Shown: positions 1 to 12,203, counted from the first letter of the whole stretch. The stretch: 60,603 nt of DNA, filler included, from Sphacelaria rigidula (GCA_964200075.2; 10 parts of 10 records of this genome joined end to end with filler, not necessarily neighbours in it), one strand, 5' to 3'. Notes: generated by a model from the sequence alone, not told the origin. Program-made: numbers and translations.

Positions 1-75
1 ATACGAAGATTTTAATCCTCCGGGTTCTCATCCTCAATCAAAAGCACCATCCTCAACATAGATGATTGGCTGTTC
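1..75. mobile_element. Right end of foldback MITE family A, cut by contig start
   Basis: Reverse complement is near-identical to 5789-5862 (aacagccgatcatctatgttgaggatggtgcttttcattgaggatgagaacccggagg). Confidence 0.85.
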
Positions 76-119
76 GAAAGAGTTACCCGATTGCTGGTAC
101 CGGTTTCCTTTAAGCCTCC

Positions 120-250
120 CATGCCGTACCCGATAAGTTCTGTGATTTCTGTAGGACTTTCATACCAGTACCCGACAGTTCTGTAAGGTCTGTAAGGAAT
201 CTCATACCCTGCAAAACGTATCTATAACTTACAGAACACAACCTCGGGAA
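120..250. repeat. Short ~41-bp-unit minisatellite (ccgtacccga...ttctgt...ctgta...cata) x2-3
   Basis: Two consecutive ~41-42 bp units share gtacccga/gttctgt/tctgta/tcatacc. Confidence 0.5.
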
Positions 251-669
251 GTACGACGAAGAGTAGCAGCGTCATCATCAACACCACCAACAGCAGCAGC
301 AACAACAACAACAACAACGACGACGACAACAACGACGACAACGGCAGTCGTCGTCGTAACAAGTGTATAACACAATATGCTGTGTCTGGGGCGAATTGAG
401 GCGCCTCGTCTATGCCCAGTTATCCTTAGAGTCACGCTCATATAGTGATTCGTTTCTCCTTCACTCTCGTCAATTTGCGGTCATCACCACGAATCATTGC
501 AGGTTTCACGACACGAAAAGCCACACTTATGAACGTATCAATTTCACAGGTGATCGATCTGACAGAGTATGCTATTTTCCGGTTCGAGAACGAAAAACAG
601 TAGTTGTAATATTTGTATGATGAGTCAGACATGCATCTGACTTGACAAATATGTCATAACTGAAAATAC

Positions 670-1593
670 TAAGGGCGCTTCTTATGGCTAACAAAAAAAA
701 CTGTTGAAACTGCGTTTTTGGTGCTTCTACCAGCCGATCGTCGAAATTTAGGATGGAGCTTTTCATTGAGGATGAGAACCCGGAGGATTAAAATCTTTAT
801 ATCCACACCAAAAATTCGAAATAAGATTCCATTCCTTCACCTACTGGTAGCTATTGACAAGCACTACACGTCATAAAAATATTAATATCGGTAACCGAAA
901 TGTTGGGGTCCTATTATGGGTGAGAAATCAATTTTGGGGAATTTCGGCGATCCGATCGGATAACGTAAATTGCTCAAAATTGTCCCTTCATCTAGGACCC
1001 CAACATTTCGTTCATCGAAATCCAAATTTATAGGGTGTGTAGCAGTTGTCAATAGCTACCTGTATGTGAACGAGTGGAACCATATTTCGAAGATTTGGTG
1101 CGGATACAAAGGTTTTAGTTATCCGGGTTCTCATCCTCAATGAAAAGCTCCATCCTCAACTTCCATGATCGGCTGTTTTCCGCCTCGTATTTCGACCTGA
1201 AAGCGGGCTCGGCGGAATTTGACACCTTGAAACGACTTGCTCTACTTGTTGAGACGGTTCCAGGACATCGTTGCATTTTCCGGTGGCCGCAGTCTCTTCT
1301 TTCGCCAAACTTGCACCTTGGCCCAGGAACGGTCAGAGCGGTCAAGTCTAGAAAAAAACTGGTAGTTTGTTCTGGACTTGACCGTCCTAGGACAAAAATG
1401 CAAGTTTCGCCGAAAACAAGGCTGCGCGACGGGAAAATGCAACAGTGTCCTGAAACGGTCTCAATGAGTATAGCGAGTTGTTTCAAGGTGTCAAAATTCG
1501 CCGAGCCCTCTTTTAGGGCGTGATGCGACACAGAAGCACCAAAAAAAGCAGTTTTCAATGGGACTTTTTGCCTTTGCCATAGGGATCGATCTA
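670..1593. mobile_element. Foldback element B (long imperfect inverted arms) interrupted by a family A MITE
   Basis: ttgaaactgcgtttttggtgcttct (~704-728) is inverted against agaagcaccaaaaaaagcagttttcaa (~1532-1558); 1200-1350 is inverted against 1370-1515. Confidence 0.8.
731..1179. mobile_element. Foldback MITE family A, complete copy (~445 bp)
   Basis: Termini cagccgatc...gatcggctg; whole element is an imperfect palindrome centred on cgatccgatcg (~948-958); four copies in this contig. Confidence 0.9.
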
Positions 1594-1951
1594 CAGCCGA
1601 AAAAGCGATTATGGTTCTATCAACGGGACATGGAACTGAATGGTGACACATTTCACTGGCGTCAACTTAAGTCTATGAAAAAGTAGTTGTATGCTGGTGA
1701 AACGAGGAAGGAGAGTGGAGCCCCTCACGGAATCGTCGAGTTTCCACAGTGCCTATAGAGGAACTTAAGAGCCCTTTCACGGAATTTTTTGGGTACTTCA
1801 ACTCTTATTCTCCCCCGTCCTTCCCTCTCGTCGAGACCACCGTGCAGTCTCAAGGGAATCGGCCAACCTCCAGGCTGTCTTCCCCGGTATGTGCTTGCTT
1901 TGCACCCTAGCGCCCGGCGTGAGGCCAGCACTACTTTTTCGTCGGATTTTA

Positions 1952-3239
1952 CCATGTTGCTAACAACAAAAAGAGTCCTGGAAAATGGGGTTGATTTTCC
2001 AGTGGGGCTGAACCCACATCCAAAATATTCACATCCCCCCCGGAACAGTTTTGCAAAAACAACCACCTGAAGATTCTATTTTTCTGTTGAAAGTTCCCCT
2101 AGCTTTCCTTGTCGCGCATTGTAGTTACGGTCTCAAAAGCCATAGGGATCTCCTTCCGTACATTCGAAAAAGCTCTCACCAGGTGAGGAAAGCTGCTTTC
2201 ATGGGATTCTCTTATCTTTGAAGAACATGGTGCCGGACGCCTTTTTCAAGCCCGAGGAAAATTCGCAAAGGGCAAGGAGTTTCCCACCTATGAAATTCCC
2301 ACTATTACACCCGTGACACGTTTCTAGCAACTTTCTTATCCGAAACACCAACGGCGGCACTTTACGCCTCACGAAAGTGTTCCCTCTTTTATTATTCCGA
2401 GAGATATTCGAAAAAAAACGGAAACGTTTTTGATGACACCCGAAGGAAGCCGACAAAAGCTCCAAGGGCAGGCCGGGTGGGGTATACCCAATACTCGGCA
2501 TTTTGGAAATTCATACTTTTAGTACCCAAAGTTCGGGTAGAGTATTTGAGATCGTACCCAAACTACCCAAAAATTGTGTAGGGTATTTGAGGTCATACTC
2601 AACCTACCCAATTTTTGGGTGGAGTACTGAGATCATATCCAAGTGATACTCTATACTAAAGTATTACTGAGAGTGCGTACCCAATAATGGGTAGAGTATT
2701 CGGGGTAATACCCAATCTACCCAAAATTTGCGTAGAGTATGAAAATCGTATCCAATCCACCTAAATTTGGGTGGAGTAATGAGGCCATACCCAAGTGATA
2801 CGCCATACCCAAGTGTTGCCAAGAGTGCGTACCCAATATTGGGTAGAGTATTCGAGGTCGTACTCAATCTACCCAAAATTTGGGTAGAGTATTTGAGGCC
2901 GTACCCAATCTACCCAAAACGCTGGGTAGAGTAAATACCCGGGTATTTTATCCGCGTATTCAAAAGCAGATACCCTACGCGACGTGCCCTTGGAGAGCTT
3001 CTCCTCTCTCCTGGTGAGAGCCGTTTCGAGTATACGAAAGGAGATACGTACGGCTTTAGATACCGAAACAGCAATGCGTGACAAGGATGACTAGAGGAAA
3101 TTTCACCAGAGAAATGAAATCCTCCGTCAATTGTTTTTGCAAAATTGTTCCGGGAAAAATGTGAATTTTCGGAAGGTGGGTTCAGCCCCCTTCGAAACTT
3201 CAACCCCACTTTCCAGGATCCTGTTACTTACATTTATGG
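1952..3239. mobile_element. Non-autonomous DNA element with ~230-bp imperfect terminal inverted repeats
   Basis: 1975-2200 is inverted against 2993-3222 (tcctggaaaatggggttga / tcaaccccactttccagga; ttttgcaaaaacaa / ttgtttttgcaaaa; gctctcaccagg / cctggtgagagc). Confidence 0.75.
2524..2945. repeat. 40-41-bp minisatellite with palindromic core TACCCAAAATTTGGGTA and ~152-bp higher-order unit
   Basis: Units start at 2524, 2565, 2606, 2678, 2718, 2758, 2830, 2870, 2911; the two longer 72-bp units recur 152 bp apart. Confidence 0.9.
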
Positions 3240-3649
3240 ATACACATACGTATTTCTCTCGTGACATCGGTCGATCGCCGGTTGCAGACTCGGAAGTGGA
3301 GCAGCGGTGCCTCAGCACCATTCCCGAGCTGCACGGGCAACCAGCCCAGACTGCTTTCGTAGGGGGGGAGAATGATTACCGCTGTCCGGGTGATGAACTC
3401 TGGGTTTCCGTCGAGGGATCACCGCATCAGGTAAGTGTGAAAATGGAACCTTCGGGCACTTACCGGTAGACGGATCGTGAGTTATTTTTGTAGGATTCCT
3501 GCTGTGCTGATGGCTTTTATTTCTCTTTTTACACACCATAAAACACGCATCACTGCGGCTTCAACTATACCTTAACCGTTTTGCCTATCTGCATACCTGT
3601 GCATATCTGTCTGTCCATGTGTGCTGTATGTGTGTGCGGATGTATGTAC

Positions 3650-3656
3650 GTATGCA

Positions 3657-3696
<40 letters not shown>

Positions 3697-3697
3697 G
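3650..3697. repeat. (TGTC)n microsatellite
   Basis: Direct reading. Confidence 0.95.
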
Positions 3698-3818
3698 GCT
3701 GACCACAATGTTCGTTCGTGAACGGCCAAACAAAACAACTGTTCTGAGGACGTCCTGTGCCTATGTCGCTTGGGATACTTGCGACGCCTCGAGTGTTTGC
3801 CGAGTGCAGTAAGACGTC

Positions 3819-4252
3819 AAAACAGCCGATACTTGAAATTGAGGATGGATGAGAACCCGGAGAATTAAAAATCTTCATACCCACACCAAATCTTCGAAAT
3901 ATAGTCATATTCCTTCACCTACTGGTAGCTGATGACATTTACTACACGCTGCTCAAGTTTAGATTTCGATGACCGAAATGTTGGGTTCCTAGGGGAAAAA
4001 AAAACAATTTTGAGGAATTTAGGCGATCCGATCGGATTGCCGAAGTTCCCCGAATTTTTTTTCCACCTAGAATCCCTACATTTCGGTTATCGAAATTCAA
4101 ATTTGTACGGCGTGTGGAAGTTATCAATAGCCAGCAGTAGATGGAGAAGTGGAACCAGTTCGAAGATTGGGTGTGGAAACGAAGTTTTTCATTCTCCGGG
4201 TTTTCATCTTCAATGAAAAGCTCAACCCTCAGTTTCGATAATCGGTTGTTTT
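3819..4252. mobile_element. Foldback MITE family A, complete diverged copy
   Basis: aaaacagccgat...atcggttgtttt termini, same centre gcgatccgatcgga, colinear with 731-1179. Confidence 0.9.
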
Positions 4253-4294
4253 AAGCAACACAAGTACAGTACATGCATACTACGCATATCCCTT

Positions 4295-4416
4295 AATGGC
4301 CTCATGACCACGGCATGCAAGATCATGAGTACCCTCCCCCCCCCCCCCCCCGTGCTCCGTCTCGAAAGGGATGTGTGGTCAATGGTCGAACGGCTAGGGC
4401 AAGCAACAAATGAGTA
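4295..4416 (+). mobile_element. Two tandem 5'-truncated LINE tails (type B 4295-4331, type A 4351-4416) separated by a C-run
   Basis: atgaccacggcatgcaagatcatgagta, then C-run, then gtgctccgtctcgaaagggatgtgtggtcaatggtc...gcaagcaacaaatgagta; the latter matches the LINE 3' end at 41985-42050. Confidence 0.85.
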
Positions 4417-5169
4417 TGCCCCCCTCCGTCCCCCCCCGTCGCCCGCCCATAGAAACCCAACCTCTTCAGAAAAGGCCTCATGTTCACCCATCGCCGTCGC
4501 TAAACGTAACAATAACCAAAGTAGGACACGGGGCAAGAGGATAGCTGCGTGGAGCCATGCGTGGACGCCCGGGACGAGAACAGCATGAATTGCAGCGATG
4601 GTTCGGCGCTGACCCAATCCGAAATCGCGACTTGTTTCTGTAGGTGAGTGGGACCCAAACGGGACAGCAGACACACGTTTGTGCTATAGTTAGCTGTCAG
4701 CAAAACCGGACAAGCAACCCTCCGCCCGGTGGATGGTGGATGCTTGAGGGTGGAGTGGAATATGGTTGTATAGTACGATGTATCAACACAGTAAAGGAGA
4801 AAACTGCTACGATAGCGGGTGTACTCATGATTATTTTGCATGCTACGGCAGGGTGGGGGCGGTAATTTTGGCAATTTCTTTCACGAGCATGCCACTTCTA
4901 ATCGTCGTTGAAAGCAGGAACTTTTGTTTGAATGCCGTTGGCACCAATACGACGCAGTCATCCATACCTGACACCGTTTTCACTCAAACACAAGTGCGCC
5001 TATGAGCCCCTATTTTTTGTGCAGTCAAACACTCCACCCGCTATCGTAGGATCATTAAAAGATATACCACAAAACGCTTACGACTGGGCCGTGTAGTATT
5101 TGTGACGTATTGCAAGCTAAGGTTATGGGTGTCGCTCTATCGACCAGGCATTCACGGATTGAAATTTTG

Positions 5170-5420
5170 GCGGTTATCTGACTGATGCCACAATTCCTCC
5201 CCCCAGAAAAGTGACTGGTTTGAGAAGGCAAAATATACATGTAAATCGAAATGAAAAAAGTTGAGTACACTGAGCAGCTGAAAACTCCCACGCTTGGGAT
5301 CATTTTCACCAATGTCGCCCATACAAGGCGCTTCATGCAGCCTAAAACCAAACATCAGGCGTTGTATGGTCTTCTTTATTGGTGACAATTTTGGGGCTGA
5401 TTTTTGAGGGGTTATCGCGG
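5170..5420. mobile_element. MITE family C copy
   Basis: Colinear with 39219-39477 and inverted relative to 55504-55833 (taaatcgaaatgaaaaaag, cccacgcttggg, ccaatgtcgcccata, ccaaacatcaggcg). Confidence 0.8.
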
Positions 5421-5579
5421 TACTGTATCACTCAATGTGAGATCACGCCCACGGCCTGAGATGAAGAGAGTCTATCCGACGCTCTTTGACGAATAGGCCA
5501 GATCGTTGTGCGTCATCAGTGTAATTCTTTTTTCTCCAAGTAAATGCTGTATTGTTATGAGCTAATGTGACGAACATGA

Positions 5580-5785
5580 TAATTATCATAATAATGATAA
5601 AATGATGATGATGATAATAACAACAACAACAACAACAACAACAATAATGATAATGATAATAACAATAGTAGTAATAGTAGTAATAGTAGTAATAGTAGTA
5701 ATAAAAACAACAACAGCAATAACAACAACAAAAATAAGAAGAAAACAATAATGATAACAATAATGATGATAATAATGATAACCAA
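5580..5785. repeat. Compound trinucleotide microsatellite (AAT/GAT/AAC/TAG)
   Basis: Direct reading; explains the poly-L/I/Y ORFs on the minus strand. Confidence 0.95.
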
Positions 5786-5788
5786 CAT

Positions 5789-5971
5789 AAAACAGCCGAT
5801 CATCTATGTTGAGGATGGTGCTTTTCATTGAGGATGAGAACCCGGAGGATTAAAATCTTTATATCCACACCAAAAATTCGAAATAAGATTCCATTCCTTC
5901 ACCTACTGGTAGCTATTGACAAGCACTACATGTCATAAAAATATTAATATCGGTAACCGAAATGTTGGGGT
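5789..5971. mobile_element. Left arm of MITE family A, cut by contig end
   Basis: 5821-5971 is almost identical to 759-909. Confidence 0.9.
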
Positions 5972-6071
5972 NNNNNNNNNNNNNNNNNNNNNNNNNNNNN
6001 NNNNNNNNNNNNNNNTTAATTAATTAANNNNNNNNNNNNNNNNNNNNNNNNNNNNNNNNNNNNNNNNNNNN
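5972..6071. other. Artificial contig linker (first of nine; others start at 12043, 18114, 24185, 30255, 36325, 42395, 48465, 54535)
   Basis: Identical 100-nt N44-TTAATTAATTAA-N44 blocks (stops in all six frames) separate segments of steadily decreasing length (5971 to 5969). Confidence 0.97.
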
Positions 6072-6267
6072 CTGGTGATATCGTCATCGACATGTGTGTA
6101 CACCGCATTCGTTAGGTGCACCTAGCCACAGCTGCTTAACTTCTGCGGACATGTGGGGGGGAAGATGGCTTCGCTCGGTCGTAAGTATTTCGCGCCATCA
6201 CTGCAAAAACGAAATGCCACTTGAACCTCATTTTTGAGATGGACCCCATTTTTCAGGATCCGCTATT
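6072..6267 (+). repeat. Dispersed ~250-bp repeat family D (full copy 48161-48412 on minus; 5' part at 24285-24343)
   Basis: ctggtgatatcgtcatcgaca...cacttgaacctcatttttgagatggaccccatttttcagga matches the reverse complement of 48161-48350. Confidence 0.85.
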
Positions 6268-6379
6268 GACTGGTGTTTTTTTTTGCAGAATACTTCACCA
6301 AGCCAGTCGAGGAGTTGCTCAAAGGAGAGCTCTCAGACGTAGGATGAATCAAACGCATTTTTTATTCAAGTGATCCCGT

Positions 6380-6900
6380 CCTTCAGCAGGATTCCAGAAC
6401 TCCAGATATCTAGCAATGATCGTATCATGCAGAGCTAGAATAAGGTCGTCTTCATCGAGACGCCGTCACGCATTGCGCCGCGGGGGAAACCACAGCTTCG
6501 GGTACATTCGCTCTTACCCAGCGACGAGGAGCCTGGGAGCAATAAGGATCACAACTATGCTACTGACAAAGACATCCTGCGGGACATTCGCGACCCCACT
6601 TCCGTACCAGCTCGATGTCTCTGCCGACCCTATCACTGCCAGCGGAGTTTCGGACGATCCACAGGTGGTCGAGTTCCTGGGGGGAACTACCGTCCATCAC
6701 CAGGCGGGACATACTACACGACGGTGCCCCATCCCGTGGAGGGACACTGCTGGCGGGAACCCTGGAGGGCAGTGAACCGCCGGGGTAACCGATAACACCC
6801 CCACAGGGTGGAGTTGGCGACCCCATGGAGACACCCACCAGCCGTGTCACCGCCAGCAACACCACCTGGATTACTGTCGCTTCACCGCCCTCGCTCGACG
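6380..6900 (+). pseudogene. Decayed Ty1/Copia pol fragment (post-integrase SH3-like region and linker)
   Basis: Translation NDRIMQS*NKVVFIETPSR...DHNYATDKDILRDIRD resembles the Copia SRNVxFxE motif that follows integrase; contains stops and frameshifts. Confidence 0.45.
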
Positions 6901-7943
6901 CCCGCGCCTAACCAACGCTATATCAGTCAAGACCTTTTTGGTGAGAGCTCGACGGGGTGAGCCACAAATACAACGGCACGTAGAACGGCAAGTAGTCCAG
7001 ATGTTACGATAACGCCCTTGCTCGTGGTTGAATCATAGTCATACATATTTCGCGCCAGGCAAAAGCTTTTGGTGACCTCTGCAGAGTAAGCGACGATCCA
7101 AAAGTTGGGTGTATAGCCCTTCCCTCGCCGCCTAGTGTGCATTGAAATACATCCGAACAAGCGCTCACAGTATGCCAGCCCCTATGTGGGCCACACCAGC
7201 AGCAGGTAAGCCACCGCCAGAGGCATCTTCCTTCACTATTAGGGCCGTTATTATCGACACAGTTTCTACGGAGATCGCCAAGCTTTGAGGCATTTTTGCA
7301 CCTTGCGCTTGGCGTTCTCCGGAAATGAAGCGGCTCGTTTTTTTTGCCAAGCCTTCACGTTTGGCGAACGCCGAATATTTTGGACCGCAGCGCAATAGTC
7401 CGGAGAGCTGCCCTTGGCGCACGCTGTGGCGCTCGCAAGCATGCAAGAATCGTCAGGAACCTTGCTAGTGATACCCTGGGCTATGCCGTAGAGTAAAAAG
7501 CACCGCGGGTTGACGGTATCTATCTCCTTAGACGGTGTGTGCTTCGGCAGCGGTGTTGGAGCTGTTGGGGTCAAGCACAGTGGTCGTCGTTTGCAGACAT
7601 ATGCACTTCAAAAGTGAAGAGCAGAAACAATCCAGTAGCTACCTACTTGCCTGCAGCGCTGCTACGAGCGTACGCTACCGCACCGTCTGTAAAAGTCTAT
7701 AGCTGGTGGTTTTAGTGGGTGTATCTGCGCGTACAACTCACAGAAAGCACGCATGCTGCAATCTACGCCAGAAGCTCCCTACAGTCGGTATTTTTACTCG
7801 GGTATGTTGCTGCAGCATTCTGAGAGAGCCAGTCGAACACGCCCTAGCCTGTCTGACTGCCCCCCCGTGTCACAGAGAGGTATTGCGAGAAAGATGTTCA
7901 CCGCAGTTATGGACGCCATACATGGGCAGGTAGCATAGCCCTA

Positions 7944-8053
7944 CACGGGTGGCCACTGGGGTGCCTGTAACCTCAAATTTGGACGTTACAGACGTTGCAC
8001 AAGGTCTGTAACGCCCAAATTTGAGGTTACAGGCATCCAAGTGGCCACCCGTA
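7944..8053. mobile_element. 110-bp Tc1/mariner-type MITE
   Basis: Near-perfect palindrome (acgggtggccac...gtggccacccgt, ~48-bp arms) flanked by TA at 7942-7943 and 8054-8055. Confidence 0.85.
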
Positions 8054-11000
8054 TATCCTTTATTTTGCCAGCGAAGGTAGGCAAGCGAACGGTGAGATCA
8101 GCACCATCTGATCTGTAATAATATTGCTGAGAGTAACAGTAAATCTAGATAATAACGAACCCTTGGCGATTGCCGAAATTTTTTACCTTCTCCCGTATTC
8201 TTTATCTGTCGATAATAACGGCCTTTAATTGAGATTTCAAGAAAAATCTCTATGGTCGTGGGTTATATACTACATGATCCTAACCGCAATCTGTACCGCC
8301 GTGTTGGCAACAGGCAGCTAGCTGTACATGATAGTTAGGATAATGTCCAGCTACACAGTCACTTAGCTTTCGACACAAATAAAGTAGGTGAAGCGACTTA
8401 CGGTGTTCCAACTACTTGTAGAGAAGTAGCAAAATTCCAAAAGTAGGTCCAAATTCGCCGCGATATTGAACCCCCATTTTTGAGGATACGTTCTTGAGAC
8501 ATTACTGTGTTGTCCTTGAAACACTTGATCAACCATCAGACGTGTGCGTGGTATGAGTGTTTGCTGAGCGTGTTGCAACAAACTGTCTCCTGGCTCCTTC
8601 CCACAGACCACCGGGGCGATACACACGTGTGTTGTGTTGGGCGAATGACTGTTGCAACAATCGACAGGACCGGGCACAGAACAAATGGCCGTCGGGACCG
8701 AACAGCGAGGCCTAATTGTTTTGGTACGTGCGCAATATTACTTAGGAGAGTTTTGGGGTAACTCGTGTTGTTATGGGTCAGAGGAGCTAGCTTCTTTCTG
8801 CGCATATCCCATGAAGATAGTTGATGGTTTCGAATCCTCCTTTAGTCGCACAACACATTCCTGCGAAATTCAAAATGCTGAGAGAACGAATGCATCTGTT
8901 CGGAAGTATCGCTCCTCCTTATTATGCGATATACGCTGATAAACGTGTAACAACGGTGTTTTCGTGAAATTGAGAGTGAAGGATACGATTGAGAGTAAAA
9001 AGCGGTCATTTAGTAGTAAATGAATCATTTCAATCCCGAAGTGCCCCTCCACGAGGCCCAATACTATTTCCTCGGTAACTGGCCGCTGAGGCCTTTGATA
9101 TCCCTGAGTAGGATATCGACGTATAGCTGTAAGCACACGCAAGTTAGAGACAAAAAAAAGCACACACACGGAATGAAAGAATGGCTAAGTTAGAGCGAAT
9201 GATAAAGCCACTCTCACTCAGCGCTTTGATACTCTAGATCTCACGAAAACGTTGTTTAACGTGGAAAGAGGATTGACACCCTAGCTGCTCAAAGGCAGTG
9301 GAGTGATCGGTTTTCTCAGGATCAACGCCTTGTCTGAATGCAAGCAATAGCTTGTTGTGTTAACTGAGGGTGCTATTTACCGAGATCACCCAGAATAGAT
9401 CGAATCATTCGCGCCTGCAAGTCAAATCAAATGTATAGTGCATCCAAGGCTCTGACTTACTGAGAGACTGGTTCTTGGGGATTCGACCGCCCGAAGCAAG
9501 AAACAGCTGGATGTGTAGCAGATGTGTCAAGCCCTCGAAGATACCTTGGCTTAGCTTCTATCGTATTGCTCCAAGCAAAAAACCGGCAGAGGAAGTAGTC
9601 GGGGTGGCTATGTCACTCCCGAATCATTCTGCGAAAAGCCACACGCTCTTGAATAGTCATCACGCACAAATCCATTTGAATATGAATACATGAAGCTCCG
9701 AATGCGCACATAGTACATAGCCTCATTGTTCAACAGTAAACAATGGTTTCGTGAGATTTAGAGTTGAAGAGATGATTGAGAGTACGGTTTTCATTCGTAA
9801 CAACAGGTCAGGTGTGCCTTTTCCGGTTAATGGACGAAACACGTGTGTAGCGTAATCTGAGTCAGAAAACATATCGTATGTTTTTCGAAAGGATACGGCG
9901 TGCAGTATCGACTACCGTGTTTTTTTTTCGGTGAAAGTATGTTCCCCGTGTCAGAGATCACATTTTCAAACGAAAATCATATATATATGGCGATGAAAGC
10001 TTCCCAACGCCACATTTTCTGAGCAGGAGGTAAGCAGTCTTTCTTTTCTTCCCTTCATATAGCAGAAGAAGACTCGCTGCATGTGTTGCTGTAATCGCAC
10101 CTGGCGGGAGTCTCGTCTACCAAAGCAAGAAACCGGGCAGGAAATGTGACGCCCGATATCTGGCACCTGTTTCAATATTATTCCGGAACATGTTGCCGGC
10201 AGCCCCTCCCAGGAAAAGGTGTACCAACGGATGTGGTGTTTTACGAAGTTGATGACGCGCATCCCATCGGGGGAAAAAACGCGTGCGTTGATCGCCATGT
10301 ATCAAGACGAGCAGCACACCAATCACAAGATCCTTAGAGTGATGCTGCGACAGGGTCAGCACTTTTACGGCCTGAAAGTAGAATTGTTAGGAACCCTTTA
10401 TCTCATCCAAAACACGACTTTCGAAATAGGTGAGAGTACGCCAGGGTTTTTCTTCCAATTTGCTAGGGATATCCCGAATGAATTTGCAAACGGGGATACC
10501 CTGACCCATATTCTTGTGTAGTTCCTAATTTTTAGGAACCCCTGAATCAGGCCGGTTTTGGCCCCAAAAGTGCAGATCCTATCGCAGCATCACTCTTAGT
10601 CCATTTTTTGGATTAGTACAGCTGCGATGTGGGGTGGATAATAACGTAGCATTCTTGCTATATGGTGAATAATAAACAGTGTTACGCCGGGGGTTAGTGT
10701 CACGTTTCCTACCACCACCCCCAAAATGAAGACGCGACGGAGTCTAGGAAGTGTACAGAAGGTTATATAGCAACTAATGCAATACACAGCTGTAGTATAT
10801 ATCTAAAGCTACCTTCTGATCGCAGTCTGGCTCGATTCCACCCAGTACAGCTCACAAACCAGCGATGGATACCGCTAAAAAAAGTTGCAACTATCTGTAC
10901 AAGCAAAGACGTGATCTTCCAACATGCCCGTCCTTCACGCGACAGAAGATTACTCACTACTGACGAATGTTACGAAGCCGAAACTCTACAGGCAGGTACT

Positions 11001-12142
11001 AGTAGGCACTAGCCGTCGTTCAAGCCCTGGCAGACTTCAATTGAGTGTCGAAACAATGAAATATCTCCAGTATATGATCTTCACTTCACCCCAACTTCCA
11101 ATTTTTAGACGAGGGTGTTGGCCGCCAAGAAGTGGAGGACTGGTAGATATACATCGGACCCCAGAAATTCGGTAATCGGATTTCAATCTTGTGTGGCATG
11201 CAGAAATTGGCGATAGCTATCGGTACGCAAAGGAATGCAGGCATATTTTAAGAAAATTGTCCACATATATGAAGATTGTGATAAACCGACTTATCATCGT
11301 CAATGAAAACCGTTGTCCTCAATTTTCACCATCGATTGTGATCACACCAAATATTCGTGGCGGTTCGCCCGCTGTGCAGAGCGCTATGAACGCCGCCTCA
11401 TGACTGGAGTCCACGCGCGTGTGGTGGTCGTGTTGCACAGTATTCCATAAGGTTCTCTGCAACACCACGTCTTGATCATCATTTTTCCACTAGTATCACG
11501 CATTATCTTGAGATACAGCCGGCGATTCACCCAAGGGTGTCGCCGGACGACCCGCCGTAGATATCTGCACACAAGGGCGCACTGCATCAGGCGCTCTACA
11601 ACATCCCCATCAACCCTACGCATGGGTTATAACTTCCGTCTGCAGAAGATAACTCCCACGGTTACTTATACACCTACGCAACTCATCTGCAAGAAACATG
11701 TCTACGACTTTCGCTACAGGTGCAATCAAAACGCGAATTCGTCGTCGTCGTCTTTGCCCGCTTCCGATGCCGAATCCTCTTCCTCTGAGTCGCTACACTC
11801 GGAGTCCGAATCTCCAAGCCAGATCCGCCCTCTGGCGGACCATCTAGACCGCCGTCGCAACAACTGCGACTGGTAGGATCTGGTCCCGGATCCGATTTCC
11901 CTTCCGCTACCTTCTCCATCCTCTCGCCATCTCGTCGGCAGCACTCCTCACCACGACTACTATCAACACCTGCCCCCGGGGCCTTCCTCGCTCCATTCGC
12001 CTGCCCCCCGCCACGCAACGCCGCTGACCCGCCCCTTCCACGNNNNNNNNNNNNNNNNNNNNNNNNNNNNNNNNNNNNNNNNNNNNTTAATTAATTAANN
12101 NNNNNNNNNNNNNNNNNNNNNNNNNNNNNNNNNNNNNNNNNN

Positions 12143-12203
12143 CCATCGGGGGTCCGCCCCTACAAAGCCGGGACGGAGCACGCCGGGTTTTCGCCATACC
12201 AGG
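12143..12203 (-). mobile_element. 5' head of the long structured retroelement module, cut by contig start
   Basis: Reverse complement cctggtatggcgaaaacccggcgtgctccgtcccggctttgtaggggcggacccccgatgg matches 42071-42135; preceded on its own strand by a C-run. Confidence 0.85.

Noticed and set aside
2524..2945. CRISPR-like array of palindromic repeats
   Set aside because: The intervening sequences are homologous to one another, there are no unique spacers or cas genes, and the context is eukaryotic.
5443..5828. Poly-Y/L/I/V, CVCV, PNPD and HTYI ORFs here and at 13617, 36441, 42824, 43180
   Set aside because: Translations of microsatellites.
11683..12042. Gly/acidic-rich minus-strand ORFs as a last exon
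   Set aside because: Low complexity, split across two frames, no recognisable domain, and cut by the contig end.
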